From Verrucomicrobiota bacterium (lineage in GTDB: Bacteria > Verrucomicrobiota > Verrucomicrobiia > Limisphaerales > J093), in contig JAKLFY010000014.1 of NCBI GenBank assembly GCA_022710935.1, positions 31,041 through 95,040 of the forward strand: a stretch of 64,000 nucleotides of DNA. The letters are read 5' to 3'. Numbering within the stretch: position 1 is the stretch's first letter; every line of letters begins with the position of its first letter. Of this stretch, positions 62,601 through 64,000 are shown in pieces. The notes beneath the pieces were generated by a model. It did not search any database, was not told the origin of the DNA, and worked only from the letters and a program-made list of their open reading frames with translations. A program made the translations under genes and the position numbers.

Positions 62601-62997
62601 ACCGGGCGTCACCACGTTCCGCTACTACTTGCAGCCGCACGAGGGCGGTTACCGGGCGATGGGGGCGGCCCGATTCGGGATCGAGACATCGCGTCCGCTG
62701 ATTGCGGTGCCTGCCGATCCCGTGCGCGCCGTTCCGGAGCCGCTGCTTGCCGTTGATTCGCCGGATGTGCTGGTCGAAACCGTAAAGGTTAGCGAGGACG
62801 GCAAGGGGCTGGTGCTTCGGCTCTTCGGGGTGTCGGGGCGGACGACCAGCGTGCGGATCGACTGGAAGGGCGTGCGCCCGACGGCGGTCTACCTCACCGA
62901 TCTGCGGGAACAGGTGTTGGGCCGGTGTGATGGCAAGGTCGAGGTGCCGGGCTGCGGCGTTGCGATGGTGCGGGCGGACTTTCGCACAGAGCGATAG
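59617..62997 (+). CDS. GH38-family alpha-mannosidase-like glycoside hydrolase with a ~300-aa N-terminal beta-sandwich extension
   Basis: ATG at 59617 (alternatives 59623 or 59632) with a signal peptide (ALRVIIQTLAVLLVSIPAHA). LWLLPHSHVDIGYTH (GH38 HxHxD metal site). FKWNPEAVW. Later YSEHTWGA. Confidence 0.75.
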   Translation: MKMTTMNRALRVIIQTLAVLLVSIPAHAGEPGLTQLWEIGRTDRGNAEFALAPAGYGRYGEDGFFVVGASEPQRDWPYVHPGPADNWAGSRRHTFLVVFGLSAVPAEGNCRLRFNLLDTQSGVPPAWRVEINGTAFERAWPAGAGDASVFGRPEEGKPVDWEIVFPASVLRRGDNEIAITSQSGSWALYDALTLETPAGAALGKVEQGMRITGIDAPPVWVKAKGEARQPVSVSLRSRGELGDVGFVFEGKEVGRAAVRAGVQTVELTLPAVNATTSGRLEVRQGDQVVAARDVTLRPPRLRELWLLPHSHVDIGYTHVQDEVIGIQITNLLKGMELARASAGNPDGMRFKWNPEAVWVLEHFLERVTPAQRVEFVEAVRRGDVGVDGLFANMLTGLCRPEELAQCLRYGARVVDVTGVPVETAAICDVPGWTWGLTTMMGQAGVKYFMIGPNYSARIGTIHQWANRPFYWRSPSGREKVLCYVVDNYHFLGDLESNVRQHSERLERADYAYDLAPMFWVGTWPGGGVDNAPPDEGTVAKVQAWNEKYAAPRVIISLASEFFREFERRHGPALEEHAGDLTPYWEDGAGSTSLETAMNRASAERLVQAEMLQALLAPKERNAGEVEAAWKNVLLYSEHTWGAHNSISEPDAPFVTAQWKVKQAFALDADRQSRALLEAALESHRAPADGAGDKTIDVFNTTQWTRTDLVVLAAATGAGFDGVATERGRAVPAQRLGSGELAFLAEDVPAFGARRFHLVRQAVSTRGKARVEGLTLRTGTLEVEMDGVTGAISGLRRKGVGGDFVDGRSPVGLNDYRYVLGADAAGARVNGPVSWQVLDAGPLVATVRFEAEAPGCRRLVREVRVIDGLDRIELVNHVDRLAVREKDSVHFGFGFDVPGGTVRMETPWAVVRPNADQLPGACRNWFTVQRWVDVSNGERGITLAPLDAPLLQVGGITANLLGPVAREEWLAEAIESTTLYSWAQNNHWFTNYKADQPGVTTFRYYLQPHEGGYRAMGAARFGIETSRPLIAVPADPVRAVPEPLLAVDSPDVLVETVKVSEDGKGLVLRLFGVSGRTTSVRIDWKGVRPTAVYLTDLREQVLGRCDGKVEVPGCGVAMVRADFRTER

Positions 62998-63142
62998 CAA
63001 TGATACAGCGCCGGGTCAGGGGACCGTGCCCACAAGCCTGTTCGCCACTTGCCCTGCCTGGGTCGCAAAGCGCAGCGGCGCGGCAGGCAGGGCCTCACCC
63101 GGCGGGACTTCAGACGCCGTGTCCGGCGAGGCTGGATGAAGC

Positions 63143-63170
63143 AACAGGCACAGGTGGCCCTGTGCCTGTT
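63143..63170 (+). terminator. Perfect 12-bp stem / 4-nt loop hairpin (AACAGGCACAGG-TGGC-CCTGTGCCTGTT)
   Basis: Lies 146 nt downstream of the GH38 stop. No canonical U-tract follows directly (CTGTATCAAGGCCTTTTCG), so a terminator role is tentative. Confidence 0.3.
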
Positions 63171-63610
63171 CTGTATCAAGGCCTTTTCGCTCTTGCGTCG
63201 CGATGAGACCTGGCCCCGCTGCGCGCATGCGCGTCAACCTTAGGTCGGCTGAAATGCGGACCTTGCACGGAAGCTGCCCGGGCACGAGCGTGTTCGATAG
63301 CGCGGAGCCCCGCGGCCGCGGGAGAGTGCGTGTGCCTCAGCACCGCTTTGGAATGGGAACGTACGGAGGACGGTCCTCGGAAAGCGGCGGTCAACCGCCG
63401 CACTCCAGACGCTTCGCGACCTCGGAGCCGAACTGAGCAGAGGCGAATGCCACAACGAAGACCGGCCCAAGGAGTTAGACACCCTCGACAGCGTTGCTCC
63501 GAGAAGCCACTCGGCGGCTTTGCTTAGGTTGACGCGTATGCGCTGCGCGGGACCTCGAGCAGGGGGCGACAACACGTTGTCGTCCCCACGGTACATCAAG
63601 CGTGTGTTCC

Positions 63611-64000
63611 TTATCTGGCCCGGGACCGCCGGCAGCCCGCAAAGGCAGCCAAGCCCAAACCGGCGATGAGTGCGTAGGTTGCCGGTTCCGGCGTTGTGAT
63701 GACGAAGGCCATGTCGAGGGGACCTTGATATCTCGGATCCCACAAAGGTTCCCACGCACCGCCAGGCAAGTCAGCCCAGGTTGCGGCATCGTTCCAGTGG
63801 TCGGCTGAGGTCTTCCATCCCCAGTAAAACCCCTCAGGAAGTTCCGTGGTCTGCACAGACAACCAGTAGACTGTTCCTGGTTGCTGCCTGAAGTAGTCCT
63901 GCGGGGCCAACAGGAAATTGTACTGCCAGACCTGCTTCTCGGCTGAGAGAGGTAATACCCCGTTAGGGTCATAGAACATCTCGCCCTCCGAGATTCCCCA
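63611..64000 (-). CDS. PEP-CTERM sorting-domain protein (3' part; the gene runs off the window edge)
   Basis: C-terminus TTPEPATYALIAGLGLAAFAGCRRSRAR. The reading frame stays open to position 64000 (..WGISEGEMFYDPNG..). G+C is lower than in the neighbouring genes. Confidence 0.75.
   Translation of the reverse strand, partial: WGISEGEMFYDPNGVLPLSAEKQVWQYNFLLAPQDYFRQQPGTVYWLSVQTTELPEGFYWGWKTSADHWNDAATWADLPGGAWEPLWDPRYQGPLDMAFVITTPEPATYALIAGLGLAAFAGCRRSRAR

Noticed and set aside
63000-63610. 610-bp gene-free stretch examined for a structured ncRNA (RNase P, tmRNA, SRP, 6S, riboswitch)
   Set aside because: I could recognise no diagnostic conserved strings of those families by eye. Only isolated hairpins are present (63143-63170 and 63562-63587) plus short palindromes. 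This needs an Infernal/Rfam scan to settle.

Overview
High-GC (visibly over 60% G+C) chromosomal segment with about 40 supportable protein-coding genes. I found no rRNA, tRNA, CRISPR array or intact mobile element. The gene content points to a PVC-superphylum genome, most likely Verrucomicrobiota; this is inference from content only. That content includes a DUF1559/H-X9-DG prepilin-like protein, two PEP-CTERM proteins, giant secreted proteins sharing an FYRL-type C-terminal domain, an ECF sigma factor coupled to a giant Ser/Thr kinase, and GH51/GH36/GH38 hydrolases.

Layout, left to right:
- A haem-motif beta-propeller protein, a methyltransferase and a NUDIX fusion protein (+).
- GH51 arabinofuranosidase (-) with twin palindromic operators upstream.
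- An operon of sugar kinase/nucleotidyltransferase, an orphan hydrogenase-maturation-protease homologue and a nucleoside-hydrolase-like protein (-).
- A repeat-rich divergent region, then an isolated nuoBCDE block (+).
- A tandem alpha/beta hydrolase (-).
- A 1800-aa Ser/Thr kinase plus ECF sigma (+).
- A decayed junction with two gene wrecks.
- A compact four-gene cytoplasmic cassette: UDG-superfamily protein, deaminase-type amidohydrolase, C25/clan-CD peptidase-like protein and an 87-aa protein (+).
- GATase, prepilin-like gene, a nucleotidyltransferase TA-like pair, and a membrane-fusion-protein plus two-permease efflux operon (-).
- Two roughly 1800-aa secreted proteins (HExxH/LamG, and CotH with lamin-tail domains) flanking GH36.
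- A DUF4338 wreck, an FGE-family protein, a 4x200-aa repeat beta-helix protein, a metallophosphoesterase and a Gfo/Idh/MocA oxidoreductase.
- Small genes, a PEP-CTERM protein, GH38, and a partial PEP-CTERM gene at the window edge.

The best candidate for an undescribed system is the UDG-like/deaminase/C25-like/small-protein cassette at 25354-29885. Secondary candidates are a 26-nt motif conserved three times downstream of genes, the orphan HycI-like protease coupled to an Fkp-like enzyme, and a shared C-terminal domain on three giant secreted proteins.

All family assignments are motif-level recognition by eye. No database search was run.
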